A DNA stretch of 60,521 nt from an uncultured virus (IMG/VR IMGVR_UViG_3300036852_000709) (taxonomy: Duplodnaviria > Heunggongvirae > Uroviricota > Caudoviricetes). Below are positions 52,040-60,521 of this stretch, piece after piece. The stretch is from IMG/VR virus record IMGVR_UViG_3300036852_000709. One strand, written 5' to 3'. Every line of letters begins with the position of its first letter. Within the stretch, counting starts at the first letter, position 1. A model generated the notes under the pieces. It saw nothing but the letters and a program-made list of their open reading frames with translations. It was not told the origin of the DNA and did no database searches. The position numbers and the translations under genes are program-made.

Positions 52040-52308
52040 GCGCATCGAAGACAGAGTGCTTATCGCCAGACGACGTTAAGAACGCCATCGTGCAGGCCAT
52101 CGCAACCGGCAACACGGAATACGCGCTCCGTGGCCCACGGTGCATTTCGTGCGACAAATGGCGTGACGAGGTAGACCACATGGTCATACTTCGCAAAGAT
52201 CACCGGTCGCTCTATCGTGCTACATCCATCTGCTCTGAGTGCATCGAGGTGTGTGCCAGCGTTGTAGCCCACCGCCCGTGCGCATGCCAAGCCGCAATAA
52301 GTAGCTAG
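52036..52308 (+). CDS. stand-alone ClpX-type C4 zinc-finger protein
   Basis: CISCDKWRDEVDHMV...ICSECIEVC. Confidence 0.65.
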   Translation: MSASKTECLSPDDVKNAIVQAIATGNTEYALRGPRCISCDKWRDEVDHMVILRKDHRSLYRATSICSECIEVCASVVAHRPCACQAAISS

Positions 52309-52311
52309 CCA

Positions 52312-52908
52312 ATGAGGGGACCGCCCCCGCATATCAAACCAGCTCGCCTGTGGCGTATGCTCATCCAACGGCCACGGCCAACATGGGCGCTGACGTACAG
52401 GCTCCCGGATGCGCCGGGCACACCCCTCCGCGCACGCGCGCTGACGGCGCCAGAAGAGGCCAACGCACTGTCTGACGTGCCTGAGGGTCTACCAAACGAC
52501 GTAACGCGGTCACAGGGCATGCTGGCGCTAACAGCAGCATGTCTGTGGACCACGGCGGGCAAGGCCTTCAGGAGCGCGAGCGAGATCGCAGGCTGCCTCG
52601 ACGACCGAACGGTGCTCGACCTGACGATGGCAACGATGGCCGCGCTCGACGTGTGCTCACCGTCCTACACGCGCTCTGACTGGAAGGCGTGGGAGTTGGC
52701 CTTGGTCAACGGCGCATCCGATCGGTCCAACATCACACACGCTATGCACATGACGATGTGCGCCGACGTAACCATCGGCTTCGGTGGCTCGTGCACCATT
52801 GGGAGGCCGGACAGATATTTCGGCCTGCCAGTAGCTGAACTCACGGACGGCCACCTGATGGCATTCGAAGCGGCTAGGACCGCTGCAGAAAAACTACGAT
52901 CCAAATGA
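52312..52908 (+). CDS. putative tail assembly chaperone
   Basis: between tube and tape measure. Confidence 0.5.
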   Translation: MRGPPPHIKPARLWRMLIQRPRPTWALTYRLPDAPGTPLRARALTAPEEANALSDVPEGLPNDVTRSQGMLALTAACLWTTAGKAFRSASEIAGCLDDRTVLDLTMATMAALDVCSPSYTRSDWKAWELALVNGASDRSNITHAMHMTMCADVTIGFGGSCTIGRPDRYFGLPVAELTDGHLMAFEAARTAAEKLRSK

Positions 52909-53624
52909 ATCCAGCTCTCAAAAATCTCCAGCCGCAGCCCAAGGTCGAGACGGAGGACAAGAGCGACCTAGCGAAAGCAATCGAGGCGTGTGGCCGCGTT
53001 GGCAAGTCATTCCCGGTGGTTGGCCTTACCGGCATGACCGAGACGGGCATTCGAGATATCCAGACCATATATTTTCAGCGTGCCGTCAAAGCCGAGGAAG
53101 ACGATGCTGTTATCGCCGCGCACAAGTACGCGGCCACGCGAGCGGCGGAGGCTGGCCCCGGCGCTGAGGCGGCGCGCCAGGACATGGACATCCTGCTCGA
53201 CACGAAGCAGTTGGAGATCCTATCCCGCGTGTGCAGGCGCGACGACGACAGGAAGTACCCAGCATTTCCAGGTCCCGAATGGATGCGGAAGAACCTCGCC
53301 ACGGACCAGATCGGGATGCTCATTCACCTCTACAACGAGATGAAGAAAGCGGTTGGGCCGACGCCGGAAATCCTGACCGACGACAACGTTGATGCGCTGA
53401 TGGCAACCGTAATGGCGGCGAGCGATCCAGCGGGCTCCGTCATTCAGCGCGTCCTCGCGAGCCTGCAGCGCGACGTGCTCACCGAGGCGTTTGTCAAGAT
53501 CTGCGTCAAGTACGATGTCCTCAAGAATGAACTGACGGAAGCGATGCTCGCACTCGATGCTCAGCGAGAAGAACTTCAAGGACTACGCGGCGAACCACCG
53601 ATGATTGTGGCAGCCGATGCCTGA
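52905..53624 (+). CDS. putative tail assembly chaperone
   Basis: between tube and tape measure. Confidence 0.5.
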   Translation: MNPALKNLQPQPKVETEDKSDLAKAIEACGRVGKSFPVVGLTGMTETGIRDIQTIYFQRAVKAEEDDAVIAAHKYAATRAAEAGPGAEAARQDMDILLDTKQLEILSRVCRRDDDRKYPAFPGPEWMRKNLATDQIGMLIHLYNEMKKAVGPTPEILTDDNVDALMATVMAASDPAGSVIQRVLASLQRDVLTEAFVKICVKYDVLKNELTEAMLALDAQREELQGLRGEPPMIVAADA

Positions 53625-53964
53625 TAGCGTCGACATCTCGGAGGTCCTTGCCCTCACGCAGGCCGCGCGCGAGTCATTTGCAGGTCACCCGCGCGAGATG
53701 TTGCGCGTCGTCGCCGACGTAGCCGAGGTCGAGCGACGGACGCACGAGTGGCGGAACATCACTGGCCTGCTCGAAAAGAACACGCGTGCAGAGGTGGAAG
53801 GCCACGACAGCGACCCGTATACGGTCGCGTTGGTCATGGCGCGGCACTACGCGTCCAACGTTCGGAAACGCGGGCGCACGGACATCGACAAGCGGCGGGA
53901 CGAGGCGAGCGCAGAGATTGACTTCTACTTTGATGGGGAGGCTGAGCGGCTGAGCCGCATGTAA
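53617..53964 (+). CDS. HK97 gp10-like neck/tail protein
   Basis: WRNITGLLE...HYASNV motif. Confidence 0.5.
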   Translation: MPDSVDISEVLALTQAARESFAGHPREMLRVVADVAEVERRTHEWRNITGLLEKNTRAEVEGHDSDPYTVALVMARHYASNVRKRGRTDIDKRRDEASAEIDFYFDGEAERLSRM

Positions 53965-53967
53965 TCA

Positions 53968-56247
53968 ATGGCCGAGATCCGGTATCAGTTTACCGCCGCT
54001 GGGTGGGATGGCGTCGAGCGCACATTTGAGAAAGCGGAAGACGCCGCCATTAGCTACCAGAGAACCGTCCAGCGAGCGGCGCGTGAGACGACATCGACCA
54101 CGCGGAAAGCAGCGACGGAATCGGCGGGCATTGGGCGCGCTCACGCGAATAGAACAGTCACGCTCGCCCGGCAAATCGAGCGCGACCAGATGCAGGCAAC
54201 GGAGCGTGACAAGGCAAGGCTGCGCGGCCGGCTGACTGCGGAGATCCGTGCTGGAGAGGCGTCTGGTAAGGCACAAGCTCGCACGGCCGAACAAGGCAGG
54301 CGCATTCGCGAACGCCACTTCGCGATGGAGAAAAAGCTACACGATCGGCGTGTTGCATTGGCGAAGCAAGCCGCAGAGCGTGAAGGCAAGGTCCGCGGCA
54401 AAGCGGATGCGGATCTCCTTGCACGTCGGCGCAAGTCGTCGATGTTTTCTGGCATCTCTGGCTACGACGTGGCCAACTCGGTCATTGGCGGTGCAGCCAA
54501 GGGCGCGATCGGTCTTGCGGCAGCAGGAGCAAGCGTCTTTGCAGGCGTCACGGGCGCAGCGGCGAAAGACGCGATGCGCCTTCAAGAGACGGCTAATCGT
54601 CTGTCTATCAACTCTCGGTCGAGCGGCAAAGGCTTCGTTGACGCGACCACGCTGCGCAAAGAGTTTGAGGCCACGGCTATTGCGACGCCAGGCGTTGGAA
54701 GCCAGGACATCGCCGAAGCCGTCCAAGCATTCGTCACCAAAACAGGCCGACTCGACGTCGCTCGGAAGATGTCGGGCACGTTCGCGACGGTCGCGAGCGC
54801 GACAGGCTCAGACGTTCAAGCCATATCTCGAGCGGCGTCGGATCTGTTTCAGAAGTTCGATATCACATCGATCGAACAGATGCAGGAGGCGCTCGCTGCG
54901 CTAACCTTCCAAGGCAAGGAGGGCGCGTTCGAGCTTGAAGCCGCGGCGGACAAGTTCGCTAAAATGGGCGCGGCTGCAGCGGCATTTGGTTTCGACAAGG
55001 GCGTCAAAGGCGTTCGTGCGCTAGGCGGGCTTTCGCAGATCGCTATGGCGTCCACGGGCGACAAGGACGTTGCGGCAACCGCGGTTGAGGCGATGCTGCG
55101 GCAGTTCGTCACGGAATCAGGGACGATCAAGCGGAAGACTGGCGTTAACGTCTTCGCCGACAAGACGAAAACAAAGACGCGCGACATCATCCATTTGCTC
55201 GCAGAGACGATCGCGGGCTCCGGTGGCGACCTCACCGTTCTTCAAGACATCTTCAAGGACGAGGGCGGCAAAGCGATCAAGCCGCTGATTGACACGTTCA
55301 ATCGCGCACAGAATGAACTTGGCCCGAAGGCCACAAAGGAGCAACGCGCCGCAGCCGGCAAGAAGGCAGTAGAGGCCCAACTTAACACGGCCATTAACGC
55401 GCCCGGCACGTTCGCCGATGTCCAGAAAGACGCAGCACAGGCACAGACCACCGCGAGCGCGAAGATGGACGCCGCGTGGGAAAAACTGCAGGCAGCGGTG
55501 GGCGAAAAGTTGGTTCCAATTCTGACTGAACTCGCAACCGCGGCTGCCGACAGCAAGCCGCTGATGGACGCGTTCACCGTGGCGCTTGGCGCGATGGTCG
55601 ACTTTCTTTACGCAACTGGCGTGATCACTCGCAAGGGAAAGACCACGGGCGAGATCGAGGAAGAGGCCAAGAAAGAAAAGGCCGACGCGATTGCGAAGCA
55701 GCAACAGATCGTTGATGAGGCACAGGCGCGGAAGAAGCGGTCGTACACCGATAAGGAGTTGCAAGAGATTGCCAAACTCCCGATCGATCAACAGCGCGCC
55801 GCGATGGGTCTGCTGACAGCGGCAGAGCAGAGCGATTACAACACGGCAGGCGCCAAAGCCACGCTAGCAGACCAGAAGATCTTCGACGCCAGACTTCTCG
55901 ACACGAAGACCAAACTCGCGGAAACACCGCAAGGGTTCGCCGAGTCATATGCAGCGCTGGGCAATCCGACGGACGACGCCGAGTTTGCAAAGACCGTTGC
56001 CGCGGGCATGTTTAAGAACAACAACTTCACTCCGCCGATCTTCTACGACAACGAGACCGAGGCACAGCGCACCCTCCGTCGTGGCGTGGCGACAAAGCAA
56101 GGCGGCGAGGCAGAAGCGGTCGGGGGCAAGGTCGACACTGCGGGGTTCGACGCCGCCATTCAGCGGATGATAGCCGCGTTCAACGCTGCCGCTGGCAACA
56201 TCGCGGGCGTGACGGGCAACAAGACTGCATCCGTGGTACCCGGGTAA
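53968..56247 (+). CDS. tail tape measure protein
   Basis: 759 aa, Ala-rich helical; QGKEGAFEL. Confidence 0.88.
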   Translation: MAEIRYQFTAAGWDGVERTFEKAEDAAISYQRTVQRAARETTSTTRKAATESAGIGRAHANRTVTLARQIERDQMQATERDKARLRGRLTAEIRAGEASGKAQARTAEQGRRIRERHFAMEKKLHDRRVALAKQAAEREGKVRGKADADLLARRRKSSMFSGISGYDVANSVIGGAAKGAIGLAAAGASVFAGVTGAAAKDAMRLQETANRLSINSRSSGKGFVDATTLRKEFEATAIATPGVGSQDIAEAVQAFVTKTGRLDVARKMSGTFATVASATGSDVQAISRAASDLFQKFDITSIEQMQEALAALTFQGKEGAFELEAAADKFAKMGAAAAAFGFDKGVKGVRALGGLSQIAMASTGDKDVAATAVEAMLRQFVTESGTIKRKTGVNVFADKTKTKTRDIIHLLAETIAGSGGDLTVLQDIFKDEGGKAIKPLIDTFNRAQNELGPKATKEQRAAAGKKAVEAQLNTAINAPGTFADVQKDAAQAQTTASAKMDAAWEKLQAAVGEKLVPILTELATAAADSKPLMDAFTVALGAMVDFLYATGVITRKGKTTGEIEEEAKKEKADAIAKQQQIVDEAQARKKRSYTDKELQEIAKLPIDQQRAAMGLLTAAEQSDYNTAGAKATLADQKIFDARLLDTKTKLAETPQGFAESYAALGNPTDDAEFAKTVAAGMFKNNNFTPPIFYDNETEAQRTLRRGVATKQGGEAEAVGGKVDTAGFDAAIQRMIAAFNAAAGNIAGVTGNKTASVVPG

Positions 56248-57200
56248 TGGCGACACCGGAGCGCATCATTCAGGGGCTACCTGAGTTTTCGTGGCGAGGC
56301 ATTACGGCTCCGTACGCCGCGGCGAACGCGTCAACCTCGTTCGATTTGGCCGAGCGAAAGTACTACGGCGTGGACGCCGCGGCGCACGACAACACCGGCA
56401 GGAACAGCGACACCTTTTCGATTCGTCTGCTTCTATTCAACACAATCGAGGAAGGGCTGTTCCCAGATCGATTCAACCGGCTTTTTGACGCGACGCACAC
56501 GGACAAGTCGCCGGGGGACCTCGTGCATCCTGTGCTTGGTCCACTGCGCGCGCGGGTGCAAAGTGTCGAGTACCAGCTTGCGGCAGAGGCGACGGCGGGC
56601 GCCGCGATGGACATTAACTTCGTCGAGACGCGCGAGGAGATCGACGTCGTGTTCGTCTCGCTTGGCGCCGATGTGTCCGCAGAGGCAGCGGCGGCTGCGA
56701 CAGATGCGGCCATCGCCCCGCTAGGCATCTCGTACCCCAAGGGGATCACCGCGACTCCGACAGCGGTGAGCACGCTGCCCACTGCGCCAGGCGGTGAGAT
56801 CGAGAACGCGTCGTCCTTCGAGGAGGCCTTCGCGCTCGCGAAGAGCCAACTGTTCTCAGCGTCGCTTTCGGCCACAGCCGCGTTGACGCAGATCGAAACC
56901 AAAGTGGCCGCGGTCGTCGATGCGATCCGCACCGTGCAAGACCATCAGCGTTGGCCAGCGCTAGCGAACTCGCTGCTTTTCTGGCGCGCGCTACAGCAAC
57001 TCAAGATCAACGCCGAGCGTCTCGTCGCTCGAGCGATAGCAACACGACTCATCCAAACGAACACCACGCTCGACGCGTTCGCGCTCGAGGTGGGCAACAC
57101 ATTGTCCGACGTCATCGGGCTCAATCTTCAATACGCCGGCAAGCCGAACGTATCGAAGGGGTCCACGCTGCGGTTCTACAGCGGCTCGACGCTCGGTTAG
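56247..57200 (+). CDS. DNA circularization protein (Mu gpN-like)
   Basis: FSWRGI, HDNTGR, PGDLVHPVLG, INFVE. Confidence 0.8.
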   Translation: MATPERIIQGLPEFSWRGITAPYAAANASTSFDLAERKYYGVDAAAHDNTGRNSDTFSIRLLLFNTIEEGLFPDRFNRLFDATHTDKSPGDLVHPVLGPLRARVQSVEYQLAAEATAGAAMDINFVETREEIDVVFVSLGADVSAEAAAAATDAAIAPLGISYPKGITATPTAVSTLPTAPGGEIENASSFEEAFALAKSQLFSASLSATAALTQIETKVAAVVDAIRTVQDHQRWPALANSLLFWRALQQLKINAERLVARAIATRLIQTNTTLDAFALEVGNTLSDVIGLNLQYAGKPNVSKGSTLRFYSGSTLG

Positions 57201-57211
57201 CCAAGGATTAG

Positions 57212-57979
57212 ATGGCTCTACCTACGTTTGCGCCGGAGACGGCTTCGATATCTGTCCTCAGCAGTTCCAAAATGAACACGCTGTATGCGGCGTTGCCTTT
57301 GGCGCTGGACCCCGTAGGGGGCGGGACATGGGTCACCGCCGCGCCATCCACGATCAACGGCGCCCACACCTTCACGTTCGGTTGTCCCGTGACGATATCG
57401 GGAGCCATCACACTCTCGGGCACCGTAGCGAACATTACGTGCGGTGGGACCGTCACAACAAATGCGCTGACGATCTCAAATGTCGCCAACTCGGTGGCGT
57501 TGGCGTCCAGGTCCGTGACAAGAGCGGAATGCGTCTGTCCTCAATTCGATCAAACCGAGTGGGATGCTCGAGCAGACGGCGTGGTGCAGTCGGTCGCGAT
57601 CACCGGCAAGGCGCTCGTGCAGCCGATCACGGCCCCGCACGGCTCAGTGCTTACGAACGTAACGGTGACGCTCCAGCCGGCAGGTGGTCACGGAGCCTTG
57701 CCGGCGGTGCTGCCAGTACTTGGGGTGTATAAACGCAGTCTAACAACTGGTCTCGACACGGCGTTGGCGGCTCCAGTGACGGATTCGAGCGCATCGGTGG
57801 CAGCGTTTCAAGCCCTTCACACCATCGACTCAGGCGTCCTCGCAGAGACAATCGATCGTACAACGTTTCGGTACTACGCCACGATGTCTAACGAGAGCGG
57901 AGCAAATGCCGCAGTGGGCCTAGTGTATTTTGGGGCAAGGCGCGCCACGACGATAACAAGACTCGACGAAGCGCCTTAG
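57212..57979 (+). CDS. putative tail fibre/structural protein
   Basis: Thr/Gly-rich beta repeats. Confidence 0.55.
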   Translation: MALPTFAPETASISVLSSSKMNTLYAALPLALDPVGGGTWVTAAPSTINGAHTFTFGCPVTISGAITLSGTVANITCGGTVTTNALTISNVANSVALASRSVTRAECVCPQFDQTEWDARADGVVQSVAITGKALVQPITAPHGSVLTNVTVTLQPAGGHGALPAVLPVLGVYKRSLTTGLDTALAAPVTDSSASVAAFQALHTIDSGVLAETIDRTTFRYYATMSNESGANAAVGLVYFGARRATTITRLDEAP

Positions 57980-58413
57980 TCGGCAACGCAGACGCCCGAC
58001 AGGCAATAGTTGTTGGTGTTACCGTTGGTATCTTGGCATTGCGCGTCCGCATAGCACGAGCACACCCCGCCAACGCACGCGCCTCCACCTGGAATGACAG
58101 GCGACTCGCACGGGTCGTATTGTTGCTTGCCCGCACAGGGTGACGTGGCCGAACACCAAGGCGACCTGCCGTCTACGTGGACCGGCGCGCCCCAATATCC
58201 GGCGGGCTCGAAGTCATCCTCGCACACGAGCACGTCGGCGTCGTCCGGGCACTGCGCATCCTTGGCGGTGACCACACCGCGAGTGCACGGCGCGCACTCA
58301 CCATCCAACATCACGCCCGCGCACGCCACTGCATTGGTTTCACCAACATAAGTAAGATCTCCGCCACACCCAAGCGCGAGGCATACGAGCCACGCCGCAG
58401 CAATACGTTTCAT
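57976..58413 (-). CDS. Cys-rich lipoprotein (antisense block H)
   Basis: signal peptide with LALGC; many Cys. Confidence 0.75.
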   Translation of the reverse strand: MKRIAAAWLVCLALGCGGDLTYVGETNAVACAGVMLDGECAPCTRGVVTAKDAQCPDDADVLVCEDDFEPAGYWGAPVHVDGRSPWCSATSPCAGKQQYDPCESPVIPGGGACVGGVCSCYADAQCQDTNGNTNNYCLSGVCVAD

Positions 58414-58442
58414 CTCGCACCTCTTCTCCTGGTTCGCTGGCT

Positions 58443-58470
58443 AACATAACCACATCGGCCGACCCGCGAA
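58443..58470 (-). promoter_or_regulatory. block H promoter
   Basis: (TGGT)TATGTT; weak -35 inside a hairpin. Confidence 0.55.
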
Positions 58471-58601
58471 AGGGACCGGCGATGTGGCGCAGTCGACGTG
58501 ACGGCGGAGGGGAGGCAAGCGACACGTGTGTAGGCACGCCGTACAGCACGGCAAGTCACATCTTGGGATTGCCTAGGATTGTGGTTGACGGCGTGGAGGA
58601 T

Positions 58602-58886
58602 TTATGCAGGCGGTCGCTCCAACCACGCATCAACAGCGTCGAGCATCTCGTCCGCGACGGGAGCGCCCTCAGGAACGTAGAGATAAAGGTTGCGTGTGCC
58701 CGATCGTAGCTTGTGTGCTTCGTAGTAAACGAAACGGAATGGCGTATCGAGCGGCATGCGCGGTGGGGCATCGGCGAGGATCATCCAATCCTCCACCGCT
58801 CGCCGTTCCCGCACGGCGTCGCGCACGAATGGCTCCGTCCAGTCAACGGGCACAACGCCAGAACCAGTCCATCGGAGAGCGATCAT
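58602..58886 (-). CDS. hypothetical protein (block I)
   Basis: ATGA-coupled to upstream gene. Confidence 0.6.
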   Translation of the reverse strand: MIALRWTGSGVVPVDWTEPFVRDAVRERRAVEDWMILADAPPRMPLDTPFRFVYYEAHKLRSGTRNLYLYVPEGAPVADEMLDAVDAWLERPPA

Positions 58887-59434
58887 GGCGCCATCGTGTG
58901 CACGATGAACGGTCGGCGCACACCGGTCGCGTGTTCTGCTGCAGCGTCGAGCGCGTGTCGTGCCCGGTCCTCAGGGTCTCCCCCATGATGCTTCGTGGCG
59001 TGGAGCGCGCCCATGGCGACCTGCCCGCCTGAACCGAGCGCCACATACCCATCGCGGAACCGAGTCGCGTTGTATGAGGAGTCGATCCAGTAGAGCGCCC
59101 CACGGATGGCAAACAGGACCGACCAGTTGTTGTCCTCGGTTGGCGTCTTTGCCGCTTCGGGACAGTGTTTCTCAAGGGCTTCGCGGAGCGTGGTCGCGAG
59201 GTTGAGCGCAATGTAGGCGTCGAGGTTCACACCGGACATGTCGTAGTTAATCTCGACGGCATGCCGAAGCACATCGCAGACCCGATTCAACCCTGCGACG
59301 GCGAACATGTGCTGTCGGCCGACGATCAACTTCGAATGTGCGTCGGGCAACGACAGCACAACGGACCCGCCACAGAAGCTGTCCGCGGCCATCGTGACGC
59401 CGCCAGCGTGTTCGATTCCAAGGATGCAGGTCAT
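58883..59434 (-). CDS. HslV/proteasome beta-like Ntn peptidase (block I)
   Basis: N-terminal MTCI...MAADS; ALGSGG. Confidence 0.8.
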   Translation of the reverse strand: MTCILGIEHAGGVTMAADSFCGGSVVLSLPDAHSKLIVGRQHMFAVAGLNRVCDVLRHAVEINYDMSGVNLDAYIALNLATTLREALEKHCPEAAKTPTEDNNWSVLFAIRGALYWIDSSYNATRFRDGYVALGSGGQVAMGALHATKHHGGDPEDRARHALDAAAEHATGVRRPFIVHTMAP

Positions 59435-59478
59435 TGGCGGCCAAACTGTATGAGTTCATCGATAATTCGCACCCAGCC

Positions 59479-59506
59479 ACGATAACCACGCACGTCCCAT
59501 AGTCAA
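59479..59506 (-). promoter_or_regulatory. block I promoter with leaderless mini-ORF 59431-59472
   Basis: TTGACT-N16-(TGGT)TATCGT-N6-GTG. Confidence 0.75.
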
Positions 59507-60521
59507 TGTCCGAACCTACCGCAGGCATCGTCGAACTACGCTTCGAGAACGGCGAACGAATCAATGCGTGGCTCTCGTTCACGATGCGCGACACGTACAG
59601 CGACCCGCTCGGCGAGCTGCAATTCGTCGCGCATCCGACGCGCGACAAGATCCAGGAATACCGAGCGCTTCTAACCAAGGGCAGCGTCGTCGCGGTCATG
59701 GTGAACAACGCTCCACAGGGGGTGTTCCTGATCACCTCGAGCAACCGGACCATCGGGCGGTCGGGAATGCTGTTCAACCTCACGTGCAAGTCACCGCTCG
59801 TGACCACGTACGAGGGGTGCATCGACCCTGACTTCTCGTTCAGCACGGACAACGACACGCCGGTTACGTCGGTCGTACTCGACGCGCTTTCCTCGTACGG
59901 CTTTGACCGCATCCAAGGCGATAGCGCAGCGAGCGTGAACGTCACCACGGGCAAGCCGATCGGCAAAACTGGCCGTCGCTCGCGCGTGAACGTGGACGCG
60001 CTCAAGACGCAGGATGCAAAGGCGCACGACGGTGAGCGTGGCTACAACTTCGTATCGAGGCTTGTCACCCGGCTCGGCGTCCAACTCAAGATGGACGTCT
60101 CGAGCGACAACCTCGGCGCGCTGCTTCTCCAAGCACCAGACTACGATCAGGAGATCGCCTACACGCTCGTCCACGACCCGCTGAACACCTCGCGCATCGC
60201 GGGCACAAGGTTCTTCGGCGACATCACGATCGAGGACACCAACGACGACCAATACAGCGAGTGCATGGTCCGCGGAGTGTCGGCAGACAAGGGAGGGGCG
60301 ACGAGCACATCGGAGCCGATCGCGCGAGTTACCGCGGCGGAGATGAATCCGGCGCGGCCAAACTACTTCTCGTTTGCGGCGGCATACAAACCCCTGTTCA
60401 TAAAAGACAAGAACGCCAGAGACGTCGTGCAAGCAACGTCTGTGGCGAAGCTCGCGCTCGGACTGCGCGGGGCGAAGGCGTTCAGCATATCCGGCGAGGT
60501 CGACGGCATCATCTCGCACAC
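59506..60521 (+). CDS. baseplate hub protein (Mu gpP-like), runs off window end
   Basis: open frame from ATG 59506 (MSEPTAGIVELRF...); position after gpN-like gene. Confidence 0.7.
   Translation, partial: MSEPTAGIVELRFENGERINAWLSFTMRDTYSDPLGELQFVAHPTRDKIQEYRALLTKGSVVAVMVNNAPQGVFLITSSNRTIGRSGMLFNLTCKSPLVTTYEGCIDPDFSFSTDNDTPVTSVVLDALSSYGFDRIQGDSAASVNVTTGKPIGKTGRRSRVNVDALKTQDAKAHDGERGYNFVSRLVTRLGVQLKMDVSSDNLGALLLQAPDYDQEIAYTLVHDPLNTSRIAGTRFFGDITIEDTNDDQYSECMVRGVSADKGGATSTSEPIARVTAAEMNPARPNYFSFAAAYKPLFIKDKNARDVVQATSVAKLALGLRGAKAFSISGEVDGIISH

Noticed and set aside
52312..53624. Programmed tail-chaperone (G/GT) frameshift
   Set aside because: The ORFs join by an ordinary ATGA overlap; no convincing slippery site
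27914..59472. Integron-like attC sites or shared recombination repeats between cassette genes
   Set aside because: Genes abut through start/stop overlaps; no repeated palindromes seen by eye
1..60521. CRISPR array, reverse transcriptase/DGR, integrase
   Set aside because: No spaced repeats, YxDD RT motifs or recombinase motifs recognised

Overview
GC-rich temperate myovirus genome segment with a Mu-like contractile tail. A myxobacterial (Polyangiaceae-like) host is inferred, not shown. The left arm (1-25.5 kb, + strand) holds ParB-like, YqaJ-RecT recombination, 3'-5' exonuclease, two sigma-70-like, RlmN/Cfr-like radical SAM, ASCH-like, SLOG-DUF488, NUDIX, macro, excisionase/repressor and SF2 helicase genes, a tRNA-Lys(CTT) attP-like core, and a degenerate IS1-transposase fusion. 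A 4789-bp IS1-family cargo element (8863-13651, 8-bp TSD) sits exactly in a stop/start overlap. The right arm (25.7-60.5 kb) runs TerS, TerL, portal, head, capsid, sheath, tube, tape measure and baseplate. The most striking feature is that this structural arm is interrupted nine times by minus-strand blocks of small genes. Each block is headed by a sigma70-like promoter with a conserved TGGT-TANNNT -10, and its -35 usually overlaps the start of the next structural gene. All calls come from motif reading by eye; no database searches were run.
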